64,000 bases of DNA, taken from assembly GCF_022539665.2 (NCBI RefSeq), contig NC_081332.1, forward strand, positions 2,170,001-2,234,000, written 5' to 3'. Source of the stretch: Daphnia carinata (lineage: Eukaryota). Under the pieces are notes generated by a model. That model worked only from the letters and a program-made list of their open reading frames with translations. It was not told the origin of the DNA and did not search any database. Each line of letters opens with the position of its first letter. Position 1 is the stretch's first letter. Below, piece after piece: positions 13,701-28,300 of the stretch. The position numbers and the translations under genes are program-made.

Positions 13701-15337
13701 GTGATCCTTGTCTCGATGAAGTTCCCCCAGACTTTCTCTTTTTGTCTGGCAATGGCGGGGCCGAGTTGATTGCCGTCAGGTTAGACTGATATTGCAAAAC
13801 AGGCCAAGGAATTTGATCGATGGGCTCTTCATGACACACATCATCTTCTTCGTTGACTTCCGAAACCACAAGTGCCATGAATTAAGTGACTGTTTAACTT
13901 CTATGGCCTGATGAAATGTTATTTACCAGTTGGATTCACTTTCACGAAAATGGTTTCGTAGCTGGGGTCAATGCGAATTTCTTGCGGTGGGCAAATCAAT
14001 GGGTGGCCATTGACGTCCAAGTTTTCGTACGGATGCGCATCAATCATTTTGAGTTGCTCAATAAAAAGTTCTCGCAGAGCTCGATGCACCAGAATATACT
14101 GATCTTTGGTTTGAACCATTGCTACACGTTGACGACGCATATCGGAAATCAACTCGAATAGGCTGAAGTTTTCCATCAATTTCTATATGGAACATTAACA
14201 AGAAAAACGCATAAATAAATCTTATAATCCTCATAAGTTAACTAATCATGCGTACCCCAGCGCGAAGCAGGCCCCAGACGTAATCGATTGCACAGATGGT
14301 ACCGGTTCGCCCGCATCCCGCCGAACAATGGATCAATAACGGAAGAGTCTCCGAGGCTTGGCAATCACGAATCAACCGTACCATGTCAAGCAACGGTCGG
14401 ACTAAAGCCGGAACACCATGATCTGGCCACGCCCAATAATGGAACTGCACAACGGTTCTCGTAACTGCAAGGAGTAAAACGTTAGCATTCCGATAAACTT
14501 GAACAAAAAAAATCAATAAATATTACTTGTTTCTCCGGTCGCATTAGCATAAATAAGTTCCATCGTCCTAAGATTAAAATCGTTGCACATACGTCTTGAT
14601 TTCAAAAGCTTGACAGTGTATGGCCCATACGATCTAGTTTCTTGATCACTATCTGCCCAATAACACTCACATTTGTGTTTTCCCGATTCTTCTTCATTGC
14701 AAGCCATAATTATCACCTATTTAAAATATTACGAGATAAATGGGATGTTAAATTGACAGGTAGTTATTCAAAATTGGAATTAGGTATTTACCTGAACATC
14801 ACACTCAACTACCATTCTCCAGAAATCTGTGACAGTATGAACCAAAGGACCTTGGCTAGCTATATAAGCCTGGGAACCACTAGCCCCTCGTATGTAGTTA
14901 GCGTTGACATAATCACTCCCTGGGATTCCAGCTATTTCACTTAGAATAACTCTTGTACAATCAACTAGAATAATGTAAATGGGATTAGTTTAAAAGAAAG
15001 AATGGAAAAATACATGAATACCAATCATTTCAATCAATTTTTTAAAACTTATTTTTCAGTTATATGGTATAATTTTTTTTATAGCAACAGAAATGTTCTT
15101 ACATGGTAATATATCTTTGTATCTGTTTTTTCGTCTGTTAACCTCTTTTTCACCTTCTTTGCAAGAGTACATTGGTAGCCCTTTAAGACTTTCACTCAAG
15201 AGCTTGAGCTCCTGAAATTCTTTATCATACTGATCATCTCCTCCATTTTTTCTCTTCTCCAATGTTTCAACATGATTAAGAAAATTCTGTAGCACTGTCC
15301 TCAGTGGCGCTCGCTCACCATTTCCACTCGCTTTCAT
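10767..15337 (-). CDS. Non-receptor protein tyrosine phosphatase, PTP-PEST (PTPN12/18/22) type, with long Pro/Ser-rich tail
   Basis: [98 protein letters not shown]. Large tail exons 12732-13860 and 10918-12375. The last exon reads [22 protein letters not shown] (stop at 10767). Confidence 0.9.
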
Positions 15338-17276
15338 TATCGATCTAAAAAATATGGACATAATTTTAGTCTTGAATAGCCACAGCAATCAGTTTATGTT
15401 TGTTTACCTGGCAGGGATTCCGCGTCAACAGGTGAACAACTGATGAATCACAACCCATGGATCGTGTACTGGCAATGCAATAGGTCAGTAACAGCTGGAA
15501 ATTTCATCAATAACAAACTGTTAAGAACGGTGTTTAGTAAATTAAATATTTCATCAACTACCTACAACTACGTTTCTTTTAACTATTAATCAGCCGCCAT
15601 AGTTATGTCTAAGTGTCACTTGCTACTAAAAGGCCTGTTTCATTGTATGGAATCAGGTGAGAACTAAGAACATTAGGCTGCTCCCAGAGAGACATCTAGC
15701 GAAAAGTTTTTCTTTTCGTGAATTAAACCCTATAGAGACCACTAATAAAAAAAAAAACCGAAAATCATCTTGGTTGTCAAACAAATAGAGGTATAGGACC
15801 ATTTATACAGGAATTTCAAGGATTGCCTAAAATAGTAGTGTACTACTGGATCAATTTCGTTATCGTGACATACTATGTAACACCAACTTACATATACACT
15901 AAATACTATACTATATACATTAAAAACATGAGTATTATTGCCTTTTTATGAATACTAAAAAAATATAATCTAATCATTTCTACCATTCCGTCTATATATC
16001 GAGCTTTTAAAAAATTACCTTGAAATAGAAAATAGTGGACAGATAGATGGCCCAAGTTGTATTGCTCAAAGCGAACTGCCCCAGTGTCTCCCTTCACAAG
16101 TATTTGAGAGCAACAGATAACTGGTAAGGCCTTAACAAATGTAGTAGACCTTGTATGGTAATAGTCATGGACCAAGAATACTGTAGACGGCAGGTGAGCA
16201 GCGTACTTGGAATCTAAAATTTGCTGTTATGTTTTGTTTTGTCGTTAATTTTTATCATTGCATGCGTAATCGAGCATCACATCGTAAAGCGCCTCGACTA
16301 ATTAAAAATAGCTGGGATTATCCCTGGGAAATAGGCGTGGCTACTGCGAAACTTTTGTTGTCTTCGTTGGTTAGCCACTCAGTGGCGGTTTAATGTCTTA
16401 GAAAGCTTTCCATTTTACCTTCCCAAAAGCTTGCTCACAAAAACAAATAAAAATGTGTCGTCTGAACTACGAGTCTTAATGACAGCTATTTTCGTAGTTT
16501 GACAATTTTAGCCAACATCACGAACACTTGATAAACAAGCTGGGCTGGGCTGCATTTGCAATGTGATTTGTAACTATAACTGGAATATGGAAGAAAAAGT
16601 GAGTTTGCTGGTGGCTCCGGCTATGTTTAGGTTTTTGAAATGGGTCACTCGGTTGTGGTTTGGCTTTTTATGTGACTAATCAAATCAAAAAAAAAAAATG
16701 ATTCCATTTTTTTTTTAAAAGGATTATACGCTATTAAATTTTTCGGAAAGACAAAACATTGAGTAAACGAAATTATTTTTTTTTATTTTTTTTCTATTCG
16801 GATAAAATCGATTCAAATTTTAAAAAAAGTGAACAGGCTATATAAAACCTTTGTTTGGTTATAATAAAATGACATAGACCCTCTGTGGTAAACAATGCAT
16901 TGCCCATACGATGTAGATATGTGTACATGTGTCTTCGTCCTTGATCGGGAATTGCCCAAGACAATCACGAATGAATATAAAAACAACGTGCCTTTAAACT
17001 GAAGCATTTCTCAGCACTTATGACGTCACACTCGCCAATCACCGTAGAAGGAAATCTCGAGCTTTTTTTTTTTTTTTTTTTTTTTTTGAAAAGCTCAGCT
17101 TTAAAAATTTAAACCCTTCACATGATTTTTAATTCCCGAAATTATTGATGGAATTAAGTATCTCCGACGCTTTCGTTTGTAAGAATGCCATTCATTTTCT
17201 TCGAAGAAATTCAATTTCCTTCCTTGATCTAGCGTTTTTTTTTGTTTGTTTATCTTTGTAGTCGATCTTTGGTTGT

Positions 17277-18778
17277 TCAGTAACGCATGTGAACCCATGC
17301 TCCGGATTCATCTCTCCGAAAATATCTAGGTCGGTTATCTTGAAAGACCGTAACTGCAGGGAATGGATGATCGCGCATATACTTTAAAGCGGCCCTGATC
17401 TTGCTTGCAAAATGAGGCAATTCCACCTCAGGTGCGGTAGACAATTGTGAAACGATGAAATCGTCAGTCTGAAATTGATCAAAAAGAAGCCACCCCACAA
17501 ACAAAAATGAATCAATTTCACCTGTACAACATAACATCATTGATTACGCGTACCTGTTCCAACCACAGGTTTACACCACGCAGCGGCTGGTAGTGATAAG
17601 GCCCGACACGCATCACGCCCAGAGTACAGTCGTACATATCCATCAGCTAAAATAATAATTAGGTACATTGTAAAAAAAATATTGCATGTTTTGGATTTAA
17701 TAATAAAAAAATGATTGGTGGTGTAAGCGTTACATGAGAGGAACCCGTTAATTGCCTAGCCGATCGCAATGCCATGTCCGGTCCTTTGTCGGGAAAGGTG
17801 GCGTGAAATATCTCGCCCGTCTTGACATTGAAGCCTAAATATTCAAAGAGAAAATAAAACAAATTCATTATTACAATTTTTTTTTTAAGGATCAGATCGT
17901 TAGATGGACGTACCAACTCCGTAGATGATTGGCCAAGCTAATCCACCGCGGATGGTCGTGTTCATTTCACCGATGCACGCGAAAACTAAATCGATTTCGA
18001 CGGGCTCTTTGTGAAACGCATCTTTGAAAATAGAACAAAACAAAATCAAATGAGATGAACTGATTGAAAACATCGACATCAGAACTTACGCAAGAGATTA
18101 ATGACAAGACGTTCAGAATATCCTCTAGGATCCATATAACCACCAACAAGGTGAAGCTCTATTCTGCCGTTTGCGTAACCCAATGAGACCTCTTGTATTC
18201 GTGATATTAACGGCGTGATGCCGCTCTCTTGGTCAGCACCGTCGACGTGAGCCATGCACGTCGCTCCCGAACCTGTCGTCAAGAAATTCAGAAGTCATTT
18301 GGGAAGCGTTCTAATTGATTCGAATAATTTGAAAGTCAGTGCGAACCGGTGTGACGTAAAATGACGACGATGCACGTGCTGCAATCATCCGTTCCCAAGA
18401 TTGAAACATTTTCTGCTTACAAAAACAAAAGGGATTGATTAAAATCGATTGTGAATCAAGATCGAAATGATTTGTTGAAATTCTGTGAAATCCATCCATG
18501 AAATATTATAGGAAGAAAAGAAAGAGGGAGTGGATGCTTTCAGGAATGACTTCCGGACTGGCGGGATGGGTAACACGTGTTTTTTCCTTACTATCTTGCG
18601 GAAGAGTGACGGCAAACTCTCGCTGATGGAGATAGAGCAGGCCGATGGGCGAAACCACTTTGGGCGGCAGAGAGGCCACGTGAGCTGCAGCTTCCTTGAG
18701 ATGCGGCGCCGCGTGGAACAAGTTCCTCGAGTCAATGGAAGCCTCGTCGAGGACTACTCCACCCAATACAAGCACCAT
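17277..18778 (-). CDS. NTAN1: Protein N-terminal asparagine amidohydrolase (N-degron pathway)
   Basis: Spliced reading LLYLHQREFAVTLPQD|KNVSILGTDDCSTCIVVILRHT|GSGATCMAHVDG...ELHLVGGYMD...WPIIYGVG|FNVKTGEIFHATFPDKGPDMALRSAR...LSTAPEVELPHF...HPFPAVTVFQDNRPRYFRRDESGAW. Confidence 0.93.
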
Positions 18779-21700
18779 TTCCTAAACGAAGCGAACATAT
18801 AGTCTTTTGTTTTTCAGTCCATCCTTCCAAAATGTACTACACTAATTTCTACATGGGTTCGGCAACTTAATAAGATTCATTCAACAATTTTCGCTGACCA
18901 CAAGGCGAAATGAAGGAAAATTACGTAGCCGATGATCGATTTGTTTAACACGTCGAATGGCTCTATTCGAATAACTGGTGATAATCAGCTATAGATAAGA
19001 TGTTGGATGTTTTAACACCAGCAACAACAGGTCCCCGGGTTGGGTTGAAGAATCGATAGCACATAAGAAAGGGCTGACAAGCGAAGCTGTTTTTCCCTAC
19101 GAAATATGATCACTTTGACCACGTTTTGAAGGGTTGTTCTTATCTAGTCCGTATATATTTACGTATTCCTCACATTTCCCCCCTTTTTCTCTGTCTTCTG
19201 TTTGCCTCTTTTCTCTGGCCACAAGTTCTCTGAAATCGCTACGACTGTCCCCCCTCTTTCCCAATTTCATTTCTGACCAGCCGTTTAAATATCCTATGCA
19301 AAACACGTATCTGTCTTGTGTCTCTATTTCCTAACACTCCTTTAAAAAAAGGGGGGGGGGGGGGATTGTGTCCAGAAGAAAAAAAAAAAGAGGAAGTTCT
19401 TTTTTAACATCGCCATCTGTCCAATGTTTGGAACTCAACCATTGCCATCGAATATCGGAAACGTTTCGTGTTATCAGTTTGTGTTTCTGTTTACACGATT
19501 CGAATGTGCGCGCGCTGCATAAAAAAAAAAGAAAAAGAACGTAAGCAAAACACATGCGAAGAGTTCAAAAGGAAGTTGAGATTGCCACGAGCGATGTTAA
19601 AAGAAATCAGATGAATAAAAAAAAAGAAACTGGTGCATCATTTACGATCGTTCGGCGTGCCGCACGATGGGGTGTTTTTTTTTTTTTCATCGAGAAAGTT
19701 CCGTCTGTCGTTCTATTGCCTCTTTTGATTGGAATTTGATCTTATTAAAAACAGCTAAAAAAAAAATCATTTGATAAGAGCTTTAATAAGCAACGATCGT
19801 CATCCTCTCCATGTTTTAAAAACAGCCCGATGATGTCGAAAGGGACATGTCGCCTCAATTTTAACGATCAGAGATATAACCAAAAAATAACGACTATGGC
19901 TATTTCCTTTTCTTATCCATTCGCTATAAGGAAAAAAGCAGAAATGAACGGGCTTCATACAAAGCGAATGCCGTTCTCGGTCTACATTTTTTAAGTTGAA
20001 ACAACAAAAACAAAATTTTTTTTAGACATGGCACGCGACAGGTAAGTTTGCTACTGTAAACAATCACGAATTCATGTACGCTTCATTGTTATGATGGAAA
20101 ATCATAGAGCCACATGCTTGAAAAATGAAAACAATTCATGAAGCAAACAAAAAGGTGTTCTTACTTTAATCACAGATAATTAAGTGAGCGTCAATCCGTT
20201 GTTTCCTAGCGTGTCTTCAGGTCTTCCTCATCGCTCGGCGTTTAAAAAATATTTGTTTTCAAAAAGAAATGGCAGAGCAAAAAAATAAATAGCAGGGTCC
20301 TCTCTTATGTGTCACTGGCAAAAAAAAATATGAAAGTGTAAATAATCCTGCGCGCTGCGTGATGATGCTTCGACGTCGAGGATGGACCCACGACTACATC
20401 CGAGGTACGAAACGAGCAAATCTCATAAGCCACTTGAATTCAGCCGCTAGGGCAATAGTCATCGTCAAGTCTAAAACATCGCCATGCACATAGCCTTCCC
20501 CAAAAAATAAGAAATAAAAAATAAAAACAAATCAGACAATATCGTTGTGTTTAAAGAGCCACTTTTGAGTTGTCTTGTCGCACAGTTTGGGCTTCTTCTT
20601 CTTCCTCTTGGCCAGCAGGAAAAAGACCGAGGAGACGCTGCGAGCAAGTCAGAAGAAGAAGGCGTTGAAACTGGCGATGAGATGGGTGGGGACTAAAAAG
20701 GGCAGTCGGAGCTAAGAAGAAAAATCACGTTGGGAGGCAAAATCAGCGCTTTTTTACACTCTACACGGTATACCCCCAAAAGAAAAGGGGGGGGGGGAGG
20801 ATATATAGATAGCCCTCAGAAGAGTAGTAATAAACACGGCTATTAAGACGATGCGAACGATTTCCAACAGAGCACGGTTATAATTGTTCTCTTCACGAAT
20901 TCGAACTGTGTCGGACACTTTCTTCATCTTTTTTTGGGGCCTAATGTGTCCGTGACCTCACCCTCATTAAACAAATCAACATGTGAAATGGGGGAACGAT
21001 GAAAAAACAAAACAAGGCGATCGTGTTTCGTGATCCAAGCGCCGCTCAACGCTGTATACGAAACATTAGGCGTTATGCTGATTAGCGTTCAGCGATCTCA
21101 TTAGTTAATCACGTTGCCGTCGGTGTGGTGTTCAAGGAAAACTCGATGGAGTTATGAGTATAGCATCGAAATCAAAAGCATTTTTATTTTTCTTTGAAAT
21201 CGCATTGTTCAGTAGAATTTCGAAGAATGTTCCAGCAGCTCTTTGAATCCATTTGTCACAGAGGGAGATCATTTTTGGCATTTGAAAAGAGCTGCCACGT
21301 TTTTGATATTCCATTTGTCAAACACGTGAAAAGGATGTAGACTAAAGAACTATTCACTTTTGACATTCTAAAGAAACTGATAACCTCAGAGACTGGAACG
21401 CGCGCGGCTACAGGTCGCCCTAAAACATTTGTTGCTTTTTATGCTACGTTCTCAATCAATTCTCCGTTTTTTTACCCGATGGCCTTTTTCGTTGATGTAT
21501 TTAGTCCCCCATTGTCGTTTATCAACGCTCAAAAACACGGATCTCGGTTTCGAGACCACACAGCGTTTCGTTCTGCATCTCGCTCTCTTTTTCTTAAAAC
21601 CCCGATAGTTATGCAATAAAACTGGGCTTTATTGATCTCCGGCACGGCTCGTTTTGTTTTGTTTGCGCAAAGCCATAAATCTTTGTGCGGAGATGATGGC

Positions 21701-24700
21701 AAATCAGGCCAACTTTATTGTTTTTTCATTTTTATTTTTTATTTTTTTCAAGGAATAAGTAATTATCAATAGGTAAATGAGCCGAATATGTTTTGAAAAG
21801 AAAAAGAGCCCATCTATTGAGCCGATTCTATTCTTTAAAACCTTCATTCATTTTTTCTTCTCTTGTACACAATGGGATTTTTCGAATAGCCATACACAAG
21901 ACGATTGTTTGTGTTTTTTTTTTTTTTTTTGCCTATAATACACAAAGCCTTTTTTCTTTTTTTCTCTGTTCTTCGGAACCTCGGTCTGTACGTCTATCTA
22001 TGCGTTTATTTTACTCTCCGTGTCGGGTCTTTTCCGCGTCCGAAGAGAACGGTGGGAAAGTGCCTAAAGGTTTTTACCTTGTGGTTACGGGTTCATTTTA
22101 TGGTTCAGCCCTAAAGGAGATTAGCCATAAAGTCAAACAAGCACTCTGATCATCTTCCTCTTTTTTTGTTTTTCTTTCCTTTTTGCTGCTCTTTATCCTC
22201 CTGCCTGATGATGCCTACACGTAGCTGGAGAAAATAAAATTTAAAAAAATAAACTTTTGGCGGTTCTTTTCAAATGGAACAATCAAAGATGATCCAATCA
22301 CACGCGACAGCCCGTTTCAAAAAGATTACGTAGTATCATTGTAGCGCTATTCAATTCAAGATAATCAAAGAAATGATTTTTGAAGCTTATAATAATGCGA
22401 AATTCAATTGGGATGCCTATTTTTCTTGTGAAAAACAATTGCGGCCGTGATGCTATTCCAAGCCTTGATGTGAAACTGCACGGGCGGGCACGGAAGAGTC
22501 AGAAGGAGCTACGAGGTCGTAACACTGGTAGCTCTTCTCTTCGCCTTGAGGAACGTGTGAGAAGTAGTGGCTTAAAGCAGCAAAAGACGGAACAGCAATT
22601 TTTTTTTTTTGTTCACCTACCAACAGCCTCACGATCCTCACCTTGTTGTTCTCCGGGCCTCCTCGTAAGGAGACCGTGCGGCAGAAGAAAAAAAAAAAAA
22701 AGGGCGATCGTACTTTGATTACTGTCGAGGAGAGGAGTGCAGCAGGAAGCCAATTATAGCGCAGCTGCTGCGGTCTTCGTGGGCATGGCCTCGAGCTCAT
22801 GGTTTTAACTCTCAAAAGCCTGCATGCTCCATAAGTATAATTCGGGTTTAGTTTTATATAACATGCAAGTGTGTGTATATACTGCACGTTGGTTGACAGT
22901 TCTTCAGGTTCCTTTTCACAAAGAAAAAAGAAAATGTTAGATTAGCTCGAAGGGGCATTGCGCGATGGAAGGGAATTATGTTTTCTTGAAAATGAGTGTG
23001 GCCGGTATTCTTCTATCCCCGTCTGTGAATTGAGTGGAAGTAGCCAGTTGTCAAGACAGGTCGTGACATTTCAGGAGAACGTTGGACTTTCAACAATGAT
23101 GTAGACGCAAAGTCACGCACGATGGAGGAAATGGATCGAAATTAATGGACTACAATGTCACGCGGATATGCCGCACAAATGGGACGAACGCCCCTCATCC
23201 TCAATAAATGAGCAGCTTCAGTCTGCCTCAAGCCATCTTAATAATATCCAATTGAACGTGATTTTTAATAAGCAGACCATCAGTACTAAATCCGTTTTGA
23301 TAAAATAATCAAATTATTTGAGAATTATACGATGTGCAATCAGACTTAAATTTAAAGAAATGCGTTCGAGTGCTGCTACAAAGCAACCGGGATAATGGAT
23401 GGTGGTCCAATCATGGAGACACGCGGGAGTGTGCTTCCTTATTTATTTATTTTTTTTTTTTTGTGAACCAAACTTGCCTAGCGTGCGATGGCTGTGGAAG
23501 TCCGGGCTCAAAGTTCTCTCAGCAAAGGTCGTTACGTGGTTAGAGAGGCCACAGCCACGTCGGAAAGTTGCGACGCATTTCCGCCAAGTTCAACGTTCTC
23601 CAAGCCACTGAACCACATTTCACGACGATTATTTGATATTAAAAAGAAAAAAAAAAAACATTTTTTATTTCACAGCATTTGCGTTAACGTTCTTTCTCTC
23701 TTTTTATTTTAAGTTCTTCTTCTCTTTGCTTTCCAATCACGAAATGCATTCAAAATGTTTGATGCGTTAAAAATCCATCTTCATTTTTCACATGAACGTA
23801 CGAAAGATCGGGAAAATTCTGAATGTCCACGAATTGGAGCTGTTACAGCTACATTTAAAACCATTTCACATGATAGGATGTTGCATAGCTATTTTAGATG
23901 TTCACGTTGCGACAGACTGCTGTTTCCGTTATCAAGGTAACTGACGCTGCTGTTGCAAAATTAGAATTGATGCCATTTCAACACCCCGAGCTTTGGTCTG
24001 TAAGAATAAATTCAAGATTTTTCTTTAAATAATGCTATTGCATTTAAAGATGCAGTTGCTAGAGTAGAATAGCATTAAAAGCCTTGGGCAAGAGTGCCAT
24101 CCATATACACAGTGGAGATGATGGTGGAGATAATATAGTAGTGTAGTACATTTTGTTCTTAAAGAGAGGAGGAATGGGCCCGTAATTGCAGGAAACGAGT
24201 GATTACGAGCTTTATACCCAGAAACTGGAACTCCCACCTCATCTTCGTACCACTTCTTTTTTTAAATGAAAAAAAAAAAAGATGGAAATAAAATTTGCCT
24301 TCACGTGATCTTAAAAGTAAAAGTCAAACTAGTAGTCTGCCGTCTTGGTTAATAATTAAGTAGAAATTTGTTTTTAATTCAGTCTAAACTTAACTTACAC
24401 AGGGTTACCAAAATTAAATTAGACAGAGATGGGGCACTTGAATAATCTTTCGATTTGTAAATAAGATGGAGCTGTTTTGTGCGGATAAATTCTGTCCAGG
24501 ACAGAACGCGCACGTTGGAAACATTAAATTTTGCGGACAGTCTTGCTATTGATCGCTCAAACTGCTCGGTGTGTGTAATCCGTGAAATTGAAATCAATAA
24601 CCTTTTTTTTACAACATAAATTTGAATTTTCAAAACATTCGTTTGAAGGAGAATAGCATAGAATTTGTTAAAGTTGATATATGCTTCTGCATCGCTTTGT

Positions 24701-25386
24701 AAAAGTCATAAGTGATACACACATGTAAGGTTAGTGTGATGAATTGTGACAGAGTAACGAAATGCGGCCGTAGCAACAAGTTGTGTATCGTATATCTCTA
24801 CGTTTAAAGATCAGCTCCGATTAGTTGTATCGCGGATCGTGCCACTTCACCCCAAAAAAGTCAATCGGGGAAGAAGTAACCACATTATCGTCGATGCAGG
24901 GTAGGAATCGGGCTCTCTCTTTAACAACTGCGTGAAAATATTTGCTTGTATATATTTTTGTTATCCTTGTATCTCACAAGGAAAAATAAAAATTTCTCCT
25001 ACGAATAATAGGAAAGAAACAATTGTAAGGTTTGGGTCAGGAATCGGGGTAAAATCGGGTTAGGATAATGGATCAATTACATTTTGCAATGAAATTTGGT
25101 AGCAGTACGTCGGTTTACCATTCGCTTGTCTATAAAAGTGTTAAATTAGGCTAAAAATAGATGTCTCATTCCCCAGAAAACCCCATTCCGAACGGGAAAA
25201 AGCTCCCCGATTACGTGGGGCCAAATCTCTAGTTCGCTATGCGCGTCATACGCGCTGCGCACGTTACCCTTTTCTCCCATCTGGCAACGTTGAACGTTTG
25301 TTATTGCTTGCCACCGCGGATTGAAGCCGAAGGAAACCGAAACGAAACGCCAGTTGGCTAGTAGTGGATAAAAAAGTGATGGAATA

Positions 25387-28300
25387 ATGGCGGCTCCCAT
25401 CAGTCCCATGTTAAAGTGGAAAAAAATTGCGAATCCGGCTGGTCCGAACCCTCGGCCACGTCATGGACACCGTGCGATTTCAATAAAAGACTTAATGATT
25501 GTTTTTGGTGGTGGCAACGAAGGAATTGTGGATGAATTACACGTCTACAACACCAGTAAGTACAATCTACCCACTATCCTCCCGCCATTTCGGCTTCCCG
25601 CCAATCACAGTCGTTTGTTTTTTCTAGTTCCTTTTTAAGATATTAAACACGTCGTTTTAACTAATTATATTCATGCATTTCCCGAAAGAAATATGTTGAT
25701 GAAGATATTATAGAGTGAACAGTTTGCGATAATAACATATCAATGACAATCGTAGCTATTGTTATGGAAACTCTGTGTCCAAGATGGCGGCCTCCTTGAA
25801 CTTTTGCCTAATTCACATATTTATTCATAAAAAAATATTTTGGAGATTTTTAGAGCTCTTGCTTTTTATCAGGTTTTTAAAAGCTTTTCCCCCCAATCAT
25901 GCCGTATTTTTTCTCTTGAGGAAATGTTAGCATTAAAATGCAAAATTGGTTCAGCTTCGTGTACCGGCGTCAGACGCCACTGCTTTGACAGTTGATGTTT
26001 ACAGCTATTTAGGCCCAACCCGCCATATTGGTTCGGGTTTTCGCTGGTTCTGTTTAGCTCTACCCATATGTGGTCAAGAGCGTACTATTGTGCGCAACAT
26101 TCAAAATGATTCCATTTCTGATATTGAAAGTTTTTTCGTTTCGAAGCCTTTTTATGTTGACCATTATCAGAATCAAAGGATTTCTAGTTAGAAAATGGTG
26201 ATTGTATTGATTGAATTATCAGATCCGTATAGTTTTGAACTGACATAATTTTTCTTCTCCTAGCATCCAACCAATGGTTTGTCCCTCCAGTAAAGGGTGA
26301 TATTCCACCAGGATGTGCAGCTTATGGTTTTGTAGTGGATGGTACGAGGATTCTTGTATTTGGTGGCATGGTTGAGTATGGCAAGTACTCAAATGAGTTG
26401 TATGAGCTCCAGGCAAGTCGGTGGGAATGGCGACGTCTGAAAGCAAGAGCTCCTGATAATGCAGCAGCTCCCTGTCCACGTCTGGGTCACAGTTTTACTA
26501 TTCATGGGAATCGAGTCTTCCTTTTTGGTGGACTAGCCAATGACAGTGAAGATCCCAAGAATAACATCCCTAGGTACTTGAATGACCTCTACATTCTTCA
26601 CATCACTCCTACTGGGCAAAAGGAGTTTTGGGAATTGCCGGTCACTTTTGGTGAGCCCCCCTCGCCACGGGAATCTCACACTGCCGTCACGTTCAATCGC
26701 GATGGGACAAGTCCTAAACTTATTATCTACGGAGGAATGAGTGGTTGTCGACTGGGAGATTTACACATACTAGATGTCAATACCATGTCGTGGACTAAAC
26801 CTTTGGTGAATGGAGCACCTCCCCTTCCAAGATCTTTACACAGCGCCACATTAATTGGTAAATACATTAATATCAAGCGTTGCACATTTGTGCATTCACA
26901 TTTCCAATGTTTGTCTTCAAATAAATAGGTCATCAGATGTACATATTTGGAGGCTGGGTGCCATTGGTTATGGATGATATGAAAATGCCCACACACGAAA
27001 AAGAATGGAAATGCACCAACACTTTGGCTTGTCTCGACTTAAATTCAATGACCTGGGAGCCTTTAACTATGGAAGTGTACGATGAGTCGGTTCCCCGAGC
27101 ACGAGCTGGGCATTGTGCTGTTGGCATTCATACGCGTCTCTATGTATGGTCGGGTCGTGATGGATACAGAAAAGCCTGGAATAACCAAGTGTGCTGTAAA
27201 GACCTTTGGTTCCTGGAGACGGAAAAACCACCAGCACCTGGCCGCGTCCAGCTTGTTCGTGCTTCCACGAATAGTTTGGAAGTCTGCTGGGGCGTGGTGC
27301 CTACTGCAGAAGCCTATCTTCTTCAAATCCAGAAATATGAAGTCCCACCTGCCGGAGCTACTCCTGCTTCCGGAGCTGACGCTGCCTCCCCAGCTCCAGC
27401 TCCTACTCCCACCACGCCGTCTACACCTACCACTCCTTCTACACCAGTTCGCGCTCCCGGATCACTACACCCATCCAGCATCAGACAAGCCACTCCTCAA
27501 GGAACACCAGTAGGTGTTGGTAGAGGAGCCAATATTGTTAGAGTTCGAGCCCCCGTTGGCGGCCAAACGATTCGTGTCCTTGGACCTGCTGGGCAAACGC
27601 AAATCATCCGCGCCGGAGCCAGCCCCAACCAGCCAGGAATGTCTGGCATCCAAGCCTTAGCAGCTGCCGCCGCCCAAACTCAACGATTACCTACACCTAC
27701 AAGCTCGGCAACAGGCGTTCGAATGGTACAGCCAACTTTGCTTACTTCTCAAGGCGTTCGTGTTACTCCTGTACCGGGCACTGTAAGTGGTGCACAAACG
27801 GTTCGATTAAGCAGCGGCGCCACCATACTCAAAGCTGGCACCACCCTTCAAGGGTTACAGGTAAAAGAACAGCCGGCGTTTTAAAAATTTAAATACTTTG
27901 AAAAAAAATGTTTACCGTGAACTTTGGTTTTTCAGACTATTCAGACGGCAGGTGGCAAGCAAATCATATTGCAAAAATCTGGCGCGGCGGGTGTTGGAGG
28001 CCAGCCACAGATCGTTACCCTGGTGAAAACAAGCCAAGGCATGACTGTTGCAACTGTTCCGAAAGGCATGAGCCTTGTTCAGGCAAAGCCGGGCACAACG
28101 GGTGGCGTGACCACAGTACAAGGTTCACCCAAAGGTATACCACAGGGTGCTACCATTGTGAAATTGGTTGGCCAAGGTCAGGCGGGCGCTAAAGGAACTG
28201 CCACCTTGCTCCAAGCCGGGCAGCAGGTACCTGCAGGAGCCCTGATGACTGTTGGAGGAAAGCAGCAGATGGTTACAACACAAAATATCGGGGGTAAACA

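Noticed and set aside
15900..16250. Possible small exon remnants between the PTP and NTAN1
   Set aside because: Splice-like motifs are present but there is no coherent ORF or recognisable homology.
19000..25300. Hidden gene between NTAN1 and HCF
   Set aside because: Only short low-complexity ORFs; more likely NTAN1 5' UTR exons/introns and regulatory DNA, whose boundaries I cannot support.
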